Assembly: GCA_963817895.1 (NCBI GenBank)
Contig: CAWFQB010000004.1
Location: 320,001-384,000 of the forward strand
DNA: 64,000 nucleotides
From: an uncultured Chthonomonadaceae bacterium
GTDB lineage: Bacteria > Armatimonadota > Chthonomonadetes > Chthonomonadales > Chthonomonadaceae
Direction: 5' to 3'
In this document: positions 10,063 through 21,125 of the stretch, piece by piece
How the letters are laid out: each line of letters opens with the position of its first letter
Position numbering within the stretch: position 1 is the stretch's first letter
Translations under genes and position numbers: made by a program
Notes under the pieces: model-generated
What the model was told of the DNA's origin: nothing
What the model saw: the letters and a program-made list of their open reading frames with translations, nothing else
Databases searched by the model: none

Positions 10063-10315
10063 CCCTCAACCCCCAGCCCCTGCTCCCAAAAAAGCCTGGG
10101 AGAAGGGGAGCTATTAAGCTTACTGCTGGGCGAGATTAGTGAAACCGACCTCGCGTAATTTTCGTCATGCCTGGTTAAACCGTTGCGGCTTTGAGCCACA
10201 AATAGCCTTCATTCTTAAGATTAGACCTCATGAACTCCGTTCGCCGTAGAGAATAAGATAAGCGACTCCCCTTCTCCCAGGCTTTTTGGGAGAAGGGGCT
10301 GGGGGTTGAGAGCTA
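10060..10315. repeat. Inverted doublet of a ~50-nt REP-like palindrome (CCCTCAACCCCCAGCCCCTTCTCCC...GGGAGAAGGGG)
   Basis: The copy at 10060-10110 starts on the hisC TAG; a near-identical inverted copy is at 10266-10315. Related copies near 31868, 44700 and 51808. Confidence 0.9.
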
Positions 10316-10339
10316 CTCACAATGCTTTGAGGAGAAAAC

Positions 10340-12022
10340 ATGCCTGAACGCAAACTCCGTTCGCTGCTGCTTGTGACCGGCGCGATCCTGCTGACGCTTG
10401 CCCTTCTGCCTGCCACGCGCTGGCTGCTGTGCCTGCAAACGCGGGCGCTGGTCCTGCCCTCATTTCTGGCAGGCAATCGCGAAGACCGCGAAAGCTGCGT
10501 TGCCCAATCCCATCCCGGCGATTATCCCATTCAAGTGGCCCGCGCCCTGTCCATGCCATTGTCGCCGGGTACGCCTGCCGCCGCCAGAATTCAGCGATTG
10601 AACGCGCTGACCGAACGGTTCCCGAATGAGCCAACACTGTACGCGCATCTGCTGCGCTACTATACGATGGGAACCGTGGGACTGCATCGCGAAGAACAGA
10701 ATGAGCTTTCTCCCGAACCTGTCAGCCATGCCGACAAGCCCAAACACTCCCTGCCCGCCGACCTTGCCGCCTTCGATGCCGCCGCCGCGCAGGGCGAACG
10801 GCTCGACCCAAACAACGCCTATTTTCCCTTTATACGGGCGGCGGGATTGTATGAAGCGGGCCGGGATGCGGACGCCATCGCCGCCGTTCATCGCGCCGCG
10901 CAAAAAACGCGCTATGAGGACTACGCAAGCGCGGAATTTCAGGCGAAAGACCGCTTTTACGCCCTTGCGCATGGCCGACAGAACGGCATTGAGCGCGTGT
11001 CGCTTTCCGCCGCCCTGCTGTTTCCGCACTTCGCCATTCTGCGCGGCGTCGCCCGCATGAACACCATCAGCGCGGTTCACGCGGAACTGGCCGGAAATTC
11101 GGAACTGGGCATACAGCTTCGCCACGATACTATGCGGATGGGCGATATGATGCGCGTACAGGGTCGCTCCCTGATCGCCAATCTTGTCGGCATTGCCATT
11201 GCCGCCATTCCGCAAAGCCGTCCGGGCGGCGCGCCTGTCGTGAAAAGTTCCAGCAATGCGACGACGGACGCGGAGCGGGAAAAGCTGCTGCAAGCGAAGC
11301 GCGAAAAATACTACGCCTATCTGCGTTCTATCGGGCATGACGACGAGGCGAGATTCGCAAAAGCGGAACTGGAAGCGGGTCTTCAGGCCAGAAACGTATC
11401 CAAGAAAATCACGGACAACATGACAGAAAAGGGGCCGTACGGGATTCGTTCGCTTGTGAAAACCGGCGTGTGGTGGGTGGCGACGCTGCTCACGCTGTCC
11501 AACGCGCTTGGCCTGCTGATAGTGGGCAGTCTGGCGTTTCTGGCGGCGAAAGCGCACCCTGCCAAAAACGCGAATATGTGGCGGGGCGCGCTCGGCGTTG
11601 CTGCCGCTGTTCTGCTTGGCCTGCTTGTCGTCAACGTGAACCGGCTGGCTGTAGACATGTACGCGACGCCCATTCAGCTGATGAATCTGTCCGGCAATTC
11701 CGTGTACGACGCGCATACGGGAGAACTCGTCACTCGCGCATTGGGAACGGTCTTCGCGCTTGGCTTCCCCCTCCTTCTGCTTGGCATGGTTGCTGTCGTT
11801 AGCCGGAAGGCGTGGGCGGATTTTTCGGCTAATCTGGGCCGCTGGCTACGCTCCCTTGCCGTTCCGATGGCCTGCGGCCTGCTCATAATCTACAGCCTGC
11901 TGCTATTGGGAACGGCGCGGCAGGAGGAGCAGCTTCGCGTCGGGCTGGATAAAATGGTCACGCATGAAGCCGTCTACAACGCCTCGCAAGCCGGTTTGAC
12001 ATGGCCCGGTCCTGTTCGGTAA
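10340..12022 (+). CDS. Hypothetical membrane protein with a helical soluble region and C-terminal TM helices
   Basis: 560-aa ORF, GAGGAG RBS, N-terminal hydrophobic segment, about 4 C-terminal TM segments. Confidence 0.7.
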   Translation: MPERKLRSLLLVTGAILLTLALLPATRWLLCLQTRALVLPSFLAGNREDRESCVAQSHPGDYPIQVARALSMPLSPGTPAAARIQRLNALTERFPNEPTLYAHLLRYYTMGTVGLHREEQNELSPEPVSHADKPKHSLPADLAAFDAAAAQGERLDPNNAYFPFIRAAGLYEAGRDADAIAAVHRAAQKTRYEDYASAEFQAKDRFYALAHGRQNGIERVSLSAALLFPHFAILRGVARMNTISAVHAELAGNSELGIQLRHDTMRMGDMMRVQGRSLIANLVGIAIAAIPQSRPGGAPVVKSSSNATTDAEREKLLQAKREKYYAYLRSIGHDDEARFAKAELEAGLQARNVSKKITDNMTEKGPYGIRSLVKTGVWWVATLLTLSNALGLLIVGSLAFLAAKAHPAKNANMWRGALGVAAAVLLGLLVVNVNRLAVDMYATPIQLMNLSGNSVYDAHTGELVTRALGTVFALGFPLLLLGMVAVVSRKAWADFSANLGRWLRSLAVPMACGLLIIYSLLLLGTARQEEQLRVGLDKMVTHEAVYNASQAGLTWPGPVR

Positions 12023-12054
12023 CGGACGCGAAACGTTGTTGAAAGGGGGAAAAT

Positions 12055-12357
12055 ATGGAACGGTATGGCCTGTTCAGCAATGAATGTGCTTGGTGTGGGC
12101 GGGAAGTCAATCGTAAATTCCATCAAGATTGTCCCGATTGTGGAAAAGATTTGCAGACGCGGCCCTGTCCCTCGTGCGGCAGTTCGATAAGCTCAACGGG
12201 AACCCTCTGCCCTGTCTGCAACTGGTCGGCGTTCAGCCAGCCGGGTTTCAAAGCGCAATATATCCTGATGATTGTGGGTATGGTCGCCCTTATCATTTAC
12301 GCGATACTGATGGTGATGGGCTATCCTGTGCCGAATCTGCGCCCGTTTCATCCCTGA
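12055..12357 (+). CDS. Zinc-ribbon protein with C-terminal TM anchor
   Basis: Four CxxC motifs followed by one hydrophobic helix. Confidence 0.75.
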   Translation: MERYGLFSNECAWCGREVNRKFHQDCPDCGKDLQTRPCPSCGSSISSTGTLCPVCNWSAFSQPGFKAQYILMIVGMVALIIYAILMVMGYPVPNLRPFHP

Positions 12358-12409
12358 AAATCCGAAGTGATCCTGGTTTGACATAATGACGTGAAGGGAA
12401 GGCAGAACA

Positions 12410-13204
12410 GTGCGGTTTATCGGGCTTGATCTGGCATGGGGCGCGAAGAACACGACGGGCGGCGTGACGCTGCGGCTGGAAACTGTCGCGCCTGCGCAAT
12501 CAAAACTGGTGGTGGAAGCGCAGTCCGATGCGCTGTTGACGGATGACGATATTCTGGACTTTGTGCGCCGGTCGGATACGGATGCGGGAATCGTAATCGG
12601 CGTTGACGCGCCCTTGGATGTGCCGAATTGGACGGGCGAACGTCCCGTCGAGTCCCTGCTGCGGCGTTGCTTCGGCAAGTATCAGGCGGGGGCGCATCCG
12701 GCCAACCGGCAGCGGTTCGGCGACAATGTTCGCGGTGAACGGCTGACAGCCCGGTTGGAAGCCGAGCAGGATATACGCAACGACTACGCTTTTGGGGCAG
12801 GGGATACCGGCGTTCGCGCCTGTCTGGAAGTGTTTCCGCATCCCGCGCATGTGGTGCTGTTCGGGTTGGCGCGAACGCTCAAGTACAAGGCGAAATCGGG
12901 ACGCGACACGGCTTCGCGCATGGCCGCGTATGCGCAATTGGTGGAGGGAATCCGAAGTCTGGAAGCGCGGGAACCCGGCCTTGTGGCTCCTGAGTGGCTG
13001 CGCGTTCCCGCCGACAAACAGGGATTGGCTCTGAAGCGGTATGAGGATTTGCTGGACGCGCTGATTTGCGCGTATGTGGCGGCGTACTACTGGCGTTGGG
13101 GCGATGGCGAACGCTGCATGGTCATCGGCGACAAAACCAACGGCTACATTATCTCGCCGATCACGCCCGAACTTCGCGCCTGCATCAAGGCAAACAGCGC
13201 ATAG
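12410..13204 (+). CDS. DUF429 family protein (predicted RNase H-like nuclease)
   Basis: FIGLDLAWG, GVDAPL, EVFPHPA, LKYK, EDLLDALICA motifs. Confidence 0.85.
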   Translation: MRFIGLDLAWGAKNTTGGVTLRLETVAPAQSKLVVEAQSDALLTDDDILDFVRRSDTDAGIVIGVDAPLDVPNWTGERPVESLLRRCFGKYQAGAHPANRQRFGDNVRGERLTARLEAEQDIRNDYAFGAGDTGVRACLEVFPHPAHVVLFGLARTLKYKAKSGRDTASRMAAYAQLVEGIRSLEAREPGLVAPEWLRVPADKQGLALKRYEDLLDALICAYVAAYYWRWGDGERCMVIGDKTNGYIISPITPELRACIKANSA

Positions 13205-13226
13205 CAAAATTCAGCACAAGAGCGTA

Positions 13227-13592
13227 TTACGAAACGTTTGCTTTTTCTTCCACTTCGCCGCTTTGCCCTCTGGCTCTCCTTCTATCCAATTCGTCCGAAA
13301 GTTCCTTCATAAAGTTATCTTTGCGGTCGGGCAGAAGAATCAGCGGCACCAGGCCGAAAACCCAGGCAAATCCAAGCAATCCTAAATAGGGCGAGTAGCC
13401 TTTGCTTTTGCTGTAAAAGGTACAGCCCGCGACAAAGGTTGCCAGAGCAGGCAGCATGCAAATCCACCGGATTGCAGGCGGGACTTGCGGATACACAAAG
13501 TTTACAAGCACCACCGCCATCAAAATGCCGATGCCAATGCCGAAACTGCCTTTTACGCGATCTTCTGAAAGCATCCTCGTTTCTCCCATCAC
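13227..13592 (-). CDS. Small hypothetical membrane protein
   Basis: Three TM segments, KSKGYS...LLPDR; start overlaps the upstream stop. Confidence 0.6.
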   Translation of the reverse strand: MMGETRMLSEDRVKGSFGIGIGILMAVVLVNFVYPQVPPAIRWICMLPALATFVAGCTFYSKSKGYSPYLGLLGFAWVFGLVPLILLPDRKDNFMKELSDELDRRRARGQSGEVEEKANVS

Positions 13593-15220
13593 TTGTTATG
13601 TTTAGTATACCTTGTAGGTGGCGGGGTCTGCTTGAATGTTGGGTTGAGCGCGAGACGGTGAGACAGGATGCCGCCCCTCCGCATCAACAGCACAAACGGG
13701 GCGGTTTGCAGTGGGGGCGGCAATGGCTCGTAGCGTTGGCGTATCCAGGAGTAAACGCGGGGATTGCGGTAATCCAGAGGCGTCTGTTTGTACGCTTCCC
13801 GCAGGCTGATAAGTTCGGGCGGGCGGCGTTCCAGGGAAGCGATCACGCGATCCGCGAACTGTTCCGCCCGCGCGCCCTTTACGGTCGCTTCGGAGTAAAA
13901 AACGCCGCACTGCATGGGCCGTTTGGCGGTGAAATACAGTTCCGGGTTCGTGGACGCATCGTAGAAGATTTCGTTGGGAAGCAGCAGCGTGTTGATGCGA
14001 TGGGCGACGGTATCGGCATTAATGAAAATGTCGTTGGAGTATTTCAGAATGGAGAGTTCTGCAACCGTTTGCCGCTGAAACTTCGCTTCGCGCCAGCCAA
14101 TCAAGCCGACGCAGGCGAACCCGAGAACAAGCGCCGCAATTCGGGTTTGTGGCGGGCGGGCCTGCGCCAGCGTGCTTGTGGCCCAACTGATGCCGGCCAT
14201 GAGCGGCGGCATCAGTAAGACATAATAGTAGCTCAGGTAGACGCCGGGGAGGATCACGGCGATGTACGCGCCCAGGGCAAACGCCCACAGCAGCAGCCAG
14301 GCCGAACGTAGTTGCGACTTCAAACTCAGCAGTCCAACCGGAAGCGTCAGCAGGTACAGAATGGAAAACAGGCGGAAAAAGCGGGCGTCCCAGCGATTGC
14401 GATCCAGCCCGTTGAGCAGGTTTGTGGTCAGGCTGCCGGTATACGCCCGATTGTACGTAATTACGGCGTAGTAGAAATCGCCAAAACGTCCATGCGCGGC
14501 GAAGTACAGGCAAACGCCCGTCCACGCGGCCACAATCACGCCCAGTATCAGCACGGCGCGACTCAGCGCGACACTCCGGTTGGATTTGCCGCCCGGTGGA
14601 AACGCCACATAAACCGTCAGCAGCAACAGAGGAATAACGCCAATGTTGGGTTTGTACAGCGTTGCCAGCGCGAATAGCAGACCCGCCGCGAATGTGGGTA
14701 AAAACGCGAGTGGCTTCTGCTTCGCGCCGACAAGCAGGGCAAACCCCCATATCAGACAGGCGTTGATGAACACTTCGGCATTGGGCTGATTGGCCTGAAT
14801 CACGATGTCGCCGCAGGCAAGCGCGTACCCTGCCGCGCCCAACAGCCCGTAGCGACGGTCTTCCACAAGGGCCGCGCCTGCCGCGTACACGCCGAGCAGC
14901 GTGACGCAGGCGGCAATCGCCTGCAAAATGAAAATGGTTTCGCGCCCGTATCCGAACGCCCGCTCCGCCAGCGCGAACGTGCCGTAAATCGCCGGGGGCT
15001 TCTGGTCGAAAATATCCGTGTACAGCATACGCCCGCCGAGCATCTCATGCCCGATAAGCGCGTACTGCGGCATATTGTTTTCCAGCGGTTCGTGGCGCGT
15101 ATGCGCCAGCAGCAAAACGCAAATCGCCAGCAGCGCGATCAGACTGAAAAAAATCAGCCGCCCGGAAGGGGGCGGCTTGTCCCTCGCGCCGGTTGAAGAA
15201 GCCTGTGCGGTAACAGCCAT
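13589..15220 (-). CDS. ArnT/PMT-like (GT-C fold) membrane glycosyltransferase
   Basis: LYTDIFDQKPP loop motif, PNAEVF, many TM helices, soluble C-terminal domain. Confidence 0.75.
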   Translation of the reverse strand: MAVTAQASSTGARDKPPPSGRLIFFSLIALLAICVLLLAHTRHEPLENNMPQYALIGHEMLGGRMLYTDIFDQKPPAIYGTFALAERAFGYGRETIFILQAIAACVTLLGVYAAGAALVEDRRYGLLGAAGYALACGDIVIQANQPNAEVFINACLIWGFALLVGAKQKPLAFLPTFAAGLLFALATLYKPNIGVIPLLLLTVYVAFPPGGKSNRSVALSRAVLILGVIVAAWTGVCLYFAAHGRFGDFYYAVITYNRAYTGSLTTNLLNGLDRNRWDARFFRLFSILYLLTLPVGLLSLKSQLRSAWLLLWAFALGAYIAVILPGVYLSYYYVLLMPPLMAGISWATSTLAQARPPQTRIAALVLGFACVGLIGWREAKFQRQTVAELSILKYSNDIFINADTVAHRINTLLLPNEIFYDASTNPELYFTAKRPMQCGVFYSEATVKGARAEQFADRVIASLERRPPELISLREAYKQTPLDYRNPRVYSWIRQRYEPLPPPLQTAPFVLLMRRGGILSHRLALNPTFKQTPPPTRYTKHNK

Positions 15221-15234
15221 CGTTTCGCTCCAAT

Positions 15235-15348
15235 CAGGTTGTCAGGTTGTCAGGTTGTCAGGTTACAGCCGGATTACACATACCAGAATTGAGTGGTCTT
15301 TGTAACTAAATAACCTAACAACTAACAACCTAACAACCTAACAACCTA
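15235..15348. repeat. Intergenic 7/8-mer inverted tandem repeat (CAGGTTGT)n...(TAACAACC)n
   Basis: On the minus strand it starts on the TAG stop (15346-15348) of the GT2 gene. Confidence 0.88.
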
Positions 15349-17329
15349 CTCCCGACTGTGGAGTTCGCCTGCGGCGCGAATGTCGCCATCCTTGATAATA
15401 CTTCGACGGATGAAATGCGGTCGCTGCTTCACTTCTTCAAAGATTTTAGCGATATATTCGCCGATGATACCGAGCGCGAAAAGATTCACGGCCCCGAAAA
15501 ACAGAATCGCGATTAGAACGGTGGTGATACCGGCGGGCGCGGAGGCGGGGAACAGGATTTTCGCGATAATCTGCACGAACGCCAGTCCGATTGCAATCAC
15601 GAACATCAGCGTGCCGAAGTAACTGAGCATGGTCAGCGGCGTGTTGCTGTACGAGAGTATCCCTTTTTTGGCCCACCCGATGTTTTTGCCCAGGCTGTTG
15701 GTGGTTTTGCCGAACCTCCGCTCCGGGCGAACGTAGTCCACGCCGATTTGCTTGAAGCCGACAAATGCCCGCACCCCGCGCAGGAACAAATCCCGCTCCG
15801 GGAATTTCAGCATGTTCTGCACCACGCGATAATCCATCAGAGAGAAATCGCCCGCATCGTGGGGAATGGTCAGATACGAAAACTTGTCGAACAGGCGATA
15901 AAATGCTTTATACGCGATCTGCATCAGGAATGTGGCTTCGCGCTTAATACGCTTGCCATAAACCACATCATAGCCCTTCGCGCCATTTTTCCACGAACTC
16001 CGCGATGAGTTCGGGCGGGTCCTGCAAATCGCCGTCCAGCAGAACCGCCGCGTTTTTCGTCATGATCTCCATGCCGCTGCGGAAGGCCGCCTGCGAACCG
16101 AAATTGCGCGAGTGGGAAATGCCGATAACGCGCCGGTCGTTGCGCGAAATGCCGCGTATCACCTCTTCGCTGTCGTCGGGGCTGCAATCGTTGACCAGAA
16201 TGATCTCGTACTCGATGCGCAGGCTTTCAAACGTTGTTTTCAGCCGCTCCACCATGATGGGAATGGCCTGCCCGTCCTTGTAGCAGGCCACAATCGCGCT
16301 CACGCTGTATTTGGTATCCAGCCCGAATTTTTTGGAGGATTGGTGATACCGCTCTTTGTTTTCAATGCCTTTGTACCATGCGACCATGCGCAATAGTCCG
16401 TCTTCAAAACGGGTGCGCGTCTGCCAGCCCAACCTCTCTCTGGCGCGGATAGGATTGGCGTACCAGTCCGACACGTCCCAGGCGCGGGCTTCGGCCTTGA
16501 AAACCGGCTCCTCCTGAATCTCGAACACCTTTTTGGCGGCTTGCGCGATGTCGGCAATGGTGGTTTTGCAGCCGCTGCCGATGTTGAACGACTTGCCATA
16601 ATCCTGTTCGCGCAGGTTCAGGGCGGTATCCACAAACGCTTCCGTCACATCATCCACGTACACAAAGTCGCGCGAAATATCCGGGCGCACGAACTCCGGG
16701 TAGCGGCCCTCCAGCCCGTTCTTAATCAGCGTGGGGAGCAGGCGCGAACTGTCTTCCAGCGGGCCGAACACCGAATACAGGCGCAGATTGGCGCAGGGAA
16801 ATTTTTTGTGCGTCCCATAGTAGCGCAGCAGGTTGGCGCAGGCCACTTTGGAAACCGAATAGTCGCTGTTGGGTTCGGGCAGTTCCTCTTCGCCCGGTCC
16901 GCTGGCATGGTCGCCATACTCGGAACTGCTGCCGGAATGGACGTAGCAGGCAATTCCCCGTCCCGCCAGTCGCGCCACGAGTTTGGCGGTCATGTTGAAA
17001 TTGGTCTGATAAATCAACGCGCCATCGGTTTCAAAGGAGTACGCGCCATACGCGATGCAGTTGAAAATAGTGCGGGGGCAAACGTCGTCCAGCAGCGCGT
17101 CCAGGTTGCTGTCCACCAGCAGGTCGGTCACGCGAATGTGTTCTTCCGCAATGCCCTCCAGCCGCCAGGTGGGGACATGCGTTGCCGTTCCGAATACGTC
17201 CTTGCGCGTGGCAAGCAGCGTCCGAAAAAGGTTTGCGCCCACAAAGCCGCTCGCGCCCAAAACTAAAATAGGGCCTTGCAGTTTATTGATTTTCTGTTCC
17301 AAGTCTGTCATATCAGCTGTCATATCCAA
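15346..17329 (-). CDS. NAD-dependent epimerase/dehydratase (SDR) fused to a GT2 polyprenyl-phosphate glycosyltransferase, frameshift near 15975
   Basis: GASGFVG, SSSEYG and YSVSK, then in the same frame VNDCSPD, SRNFGSQ and DGDLQDPP. GYDVVYG..GDFSLMD and two C-terminal TMs follow in the next frame (extra G in a GGG run). Confidence 0.85.
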
Positions 17330-17362
17330 ATAATTTTCCTGATTTGCGTCCTGATTTCTATA

Positions 17363-18169
17363 TTAATCCTCGCGTGTCGCCAAAGCAGTATACCCCAGGC
17401 AATCGTCTCCACCGGGCAGGAGCAGAGAAACGTTGGCGACAATCGCCACAATCAGCAGCAGCGGCAGAAACAGCAGCCCCAACAATCGGCTGAAACACTT
17501 CACGGCGATGTTGTCAATCGGTTTGAGAAGCAGGGGAATAAACAGCGCCATCACTTTGTAACACGCGACTGTGAGCGCGTTGCCCCGCGCATAAATGCCG
17601 ACATTCGTAAAATGCGCCTCGTTCAGCAGATGTTTCAGGCTTGCGGGCGTGTAGCGCCAGTAGTCGTGTGGCACGAAATGCCAGCGGGCGGCAAAGGGAA
17701 CCGTAATCAACATGCGCCCGCCCGGACGCAGGCAGCGGTAGGCCTCGTTGAGCAGGGTTTCCGGCTTCAGGACATGTTCCAGCGTTTCCGTACACAGGAT
17801 AAAGTCAATGCTCTGGTCGGGCAAGGGCCAGGCGCTGCCGCTGAAATACACGGTATCCGGCATGGAATAGCCAAAGTGGTCTTCCGCGTCCGCCGTATCC
17901 AGGCCGATGTAGACCGCGCCGGGGGACAGCAGGCTGCGATACGGCTGCGCGCCGCAGCCCACATCGAGCATCGTGCCGGTGACGGCGCTGATCTCCGTTT
18001 TGAGGTCGGGCCAGGCGGAACCCGCCTGCAAATCAAAGAAACGCCGTATGCCCGCCGCGAACTTTTCGGACGTGGTTCGCATCGGGGCATGGAGGGGCGG
18101 ACGCCAGTGTTCGGATTGGCGATCCGCCATGTTGGGGCGCTGCCGACTGCGTTCTGGATAGTCAGTCAT
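17363..18169 (-). CDS. Class I SAM-dependent methyltransferase
   Basis: MLDVGCG, FILCTETLEHV, LRPGGRMLITVPF, DYWRYT. Confidence 0.88.
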   Translation of the reverse strand: MTDYPERSRQRPNMADRQSEHWRPPLHAPMRTTSEKFAAGIRRFFDLQAGSAWPDLKTEISAVTGTMLDVGCGAQPYRSLLSPGAVYIGLDTADAEDHFGYSMPDTVYFSGSAWPLPDQSIDFILCTETLEHVLKPETLLNEAYRCLRPGGRMLITVPFAARWHFVPHDYWRYTPASLKHLLNEAHFTNVGIYARGNALTVACYKVMALFIPLLLKPIDNIAVKCFSRLLGLLFLPLLLIVAIVANVSLLLPGGDDCLGYTALATRED

Positions 18170-18174
18170 TTTGT

Positions 18175-19676
18175 TCAGGTCTCTTTCGCTCGGGGAATTG
18201 TCTCGCAAAGTGAGCGCGCGTTCATGGAGTGGCTGTATCCGCCGGTCGGAGCGATCTGGCGCGCATACAGGGGCGGCAAATTCTCTACCGTGACGGGATG
18301 CAGCGGGTATTTGGCATAAACGTAAATGTTCAGGACTAATAAACAGAGCATGAGAAGAATGGCAGCGGCCCATTTCAAGCGACGCGGAAAGAGCGCCAGC
18401 CAGCCTGCGGCAGTCAAAATCCCGAAAGGAACCAGCAGCGGGAAGAAATAGCGTCCCTGCGGGGAGCAGTGCCACCAGTTGAACTTGTAGTATTGATAAA
18501 CCAGCACCAGCGTCATCGCGCTTATGGCGAGAAAGGTTCGCCCGCGAAGGCCCTGAAACCAGCCGCGAAAATAGAGGAGGACAACCCCCGCCAACGTCAG
18601 CAGGTTCAGCAGGCCCAGGCATGTATAAACGCGCTGCGGCATCGTTTTGTAAATCCTATCAAAACACCCCCAGAAGCTCATCCATCCGAATTCAGTAATT
18701 TGAGCGGTATAGCGCTTCCACGATACCTGCGTTCGGGCATGACGCTCTTTGAAACCATCAATGTCGGGCCAGTAGTGTTCCCATACTTTCAGGCGGAATA
18801 AATCCCCGTACAGCATCAGATTTCGCAGCAGGAACCATCCGACGCCCAACGCGCTCAGACCGACAACCACGCTCATCATTTGCAGCGTTACTCTGGAGGG
18901 CTGTTGCCGTCTGCGCCCTGTCCACCACAATGCCAGCCACGCTGCGGGAATAATGCCCGCGCAGGTATATTTGCTGCACACGCCGATGGCGATCCACAAT
19001 GACATTAGCAGCGTTTCGCGCCACCCAAAGCCTCGCTTCATTCCCAGTGTCAGATAGTACAGGGCTACGGCGGCGGCAAAGGCGCTCAGTATCTCGTTGC
19101 TGACCGAGGCCGCGACATCCACGAACATCGGAATACCGGCAACACAGGCGGCGGCCAGCAGCGCGGTCTGTTTCGTCGTCAGGAGGCGGGCGGTCCGATA
19201 TGTGTAGACCACGACGCCCGCGCCCATCAATCCCGACAGCAGGCGCAACAGGAGAATCGTTCCCGCTCGTCCTAAAAGGGGGTGCGCGATGGCCCAAATA
19301 GCGGCGCAAAGGACATAGTAGCAGGGCGGATGATATGAGTCCGCGTAAAGCTGCATCTCCTTGTGCGTTCCGAACGGCGGCAGGCGATGGTAGTTCGCCA
19401 TATATTCGATCTGCGCCACATGGCGCGGTTCATCGCAATGGTACTGTTCCCGCGGGGCATGACCCAGTACGTCGGGTACTCGCGGGGAACGGTCGGGGTG
19501 ACGATGGTGAAGGTAAGCAGGGTACAAAACCCCAGGAACACCGCCAGCAGCAGCAGCAGGCTTTTGGGAAGAGGAAAAGCCCGCGCTGTCCGCGAACGAC
19601 GGCGAGAAATGGGGATTGCTTCCGAAGCAACACCTGTTCCTGATGGAGCATTTCCCTGACTATCGGCACGGTTCAT
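18175..19676 (-). CDS. GT-C fold membrane glycosyltransferase (DUF2142/GT39-like), frameshift near 19440
   Basis: DEPRH, HPPCYY, SVSNE, SKYT, RNLMLYGD, QGRYFFP; N-terminal TM in ORF 19272..19676. Confidence 0.75.
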
Positions 19677-19777
19677 ACAGATGGTTCCTCATTTACAAAA
19701 GCGCGCCTTGATAACGCTTGCATCGCGGCCACGCGAGAAAACTATGCTTTCAAAGGTACTCTCAAAGGGTATTAAAA

Positions 19778-21022
19778 TCAACCGGGCGGTAAGGCACGCT
19801 TGCATTGGTTCCAGTAGCGGGTTAATTGCTTTTTGTCCTCGAACACGTCGGCAAACCGCTTGCTGCAAATCAGGATCAGGGGAAATCCCAGGAGCAGCAA
19901 CAAGCCAAATTCCAGATTGCGGGAAATGTGTCCGCGCAGCGGCAAAATGATATAGTCGGTGAGCAATGCCAAAAGCGGCAGATGCAGCAGATAGATGCTG
20001 TACAGATAGGTTCCCATGTTCGCGAGTGGCTTCCAGGATAGCAGTTTGAAGCCACCGAGAGCGCCCTGTACCAAAACAGCCGTCATCATCAGCGCTGTGT
20101 ACAGTTCCATTTTCTCCATAGCGGAAGTATCTATCGGCGATGCTTGTACCAGAACTGCATACAGCAGCGGATAACCCAACATCAAGCCTGCTGCCAGGAG
20201 GCCAAACAAGCGACGATTCACGAATCGCGCGTGGTTCTCCGTCAGAACCAGCGATGCCGCCAGGACACCTAAAAGGAAGTAGAAATAGAAGTGCGTATTT
20301 GCGCCATTCAGGTTCAATCCCCGCCAGTTGTGACGCAGAAACAGATTATGAAGCGCCGCCGTCAAAACGGCTGCAACCGCCAGAATCCAGTACATGCCTG
20401 TTCGCTTCCACATCCAGACCACCAGAGGAAACCAGAAATAAATCTGCCATTCCAGCGCGATAGTCCAGTACACAGAATTGATCTCGGTATTGCCGAATTG
20501 CCCCATAGGCGCATGGCCCGCGCTATTGTTGACAAAATTGTTTAGCAGAAGAGAGTGACAGAGAATGCCGCGCATGGTTACAGGAAGGCTCAGATCGAAC
20601 ATGGTATTGCGTGGTTGGCGGATAAGCGTTCCTATCAGCAATAGTGTGACCAGCATTGCTGCCCAGTAAGCAGGCAAAATACGCAGCGCGCGTCCCCGGT
20701 AAAACTCCCTCGCTCCGCCGCGCAGAGAACCCGAAAGCGCGACAGGGCGCATAAGGCAAAAGCCCGAAAGCACGATAAAGGCGACGACGGCAAACCGTCC
20801 CTGGCAAAGCCACAAATAAACCTTCCCCATTCTTCCCTGTGGCGTTACGAGCCACCAAATTTGCTGGAAGGCGTGATTGACAATCACGATCAGCGCGGCC
20901 AGCGCGCGCAATCCATCAATGTAGCGCAATCGGTCTTTCGGCGGAGTTTTAGAAGTTAAGGATAGTTCTTGACCTGTCTCGACAGTTACTAAAAAGGTGC
21001 CGGGTAACAGCGCATCGGGCAT
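19778..21022 (-). CDS. Acyltransferase family 3 (O-acetyltransferase)
   Basis: YIDGLRALAA, FIVLSGF, RALRILPAY, WTIALEWQIY, YSIYLLH. Confidence 0.9.
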   Translation of the reverse strand: MPDALLPGTFLVTVETGQELSLTSKTPPKDRLRYIDGLRALAALIVIVNHAFQQIWWLVTPQGRMGKVYLWLCQGRFAVVAFIVLSGFCLMRPVALSGSLRGGAREFYRGRALRILPAYWAAMLVTLLLIGTLIRQPRNTMFDLSLPVTMRGILCHSLLLNNFVNNSAGHAPMGQFGNTEINSVYWTIALEWQIYFWFPLVVWMWKRTGMYWILAVAAVLTAALHNLFLRHNWRGLNLNGANTHFYFYFLLGVLAASLVLTENHARFVNRRLFGLLAAGLMLGYPLLYAVLVQASPIDTSAMEKMELYTALMMTAVLVQGALGGFKLLSWKPLANMGTYLYSIYLLHLPLLALLTDYIILPLRGHISRNLEFGLLLLLGFPLILICSKRFADVFEDKKQLTRYWNQCKRALPPG

Positions 21023-21125
21023 GATGTACCTGAATTCTTTCAACAGATAATACCTGACTTTGAACAATTCTCCGCAACATCGTGATAACGCTGGAAATCC
21101 TCTTTTCAAGCATCTTGAATATTGT

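Noticed and set aside
17363..18622. Long N-terminal extensions on several ORF-track calls (also 26035..27072, 32559..33491, 37319..38554)
   Set aside because: They overlap neighbouring genes or repeats; family motifs start at downstream ATGs.
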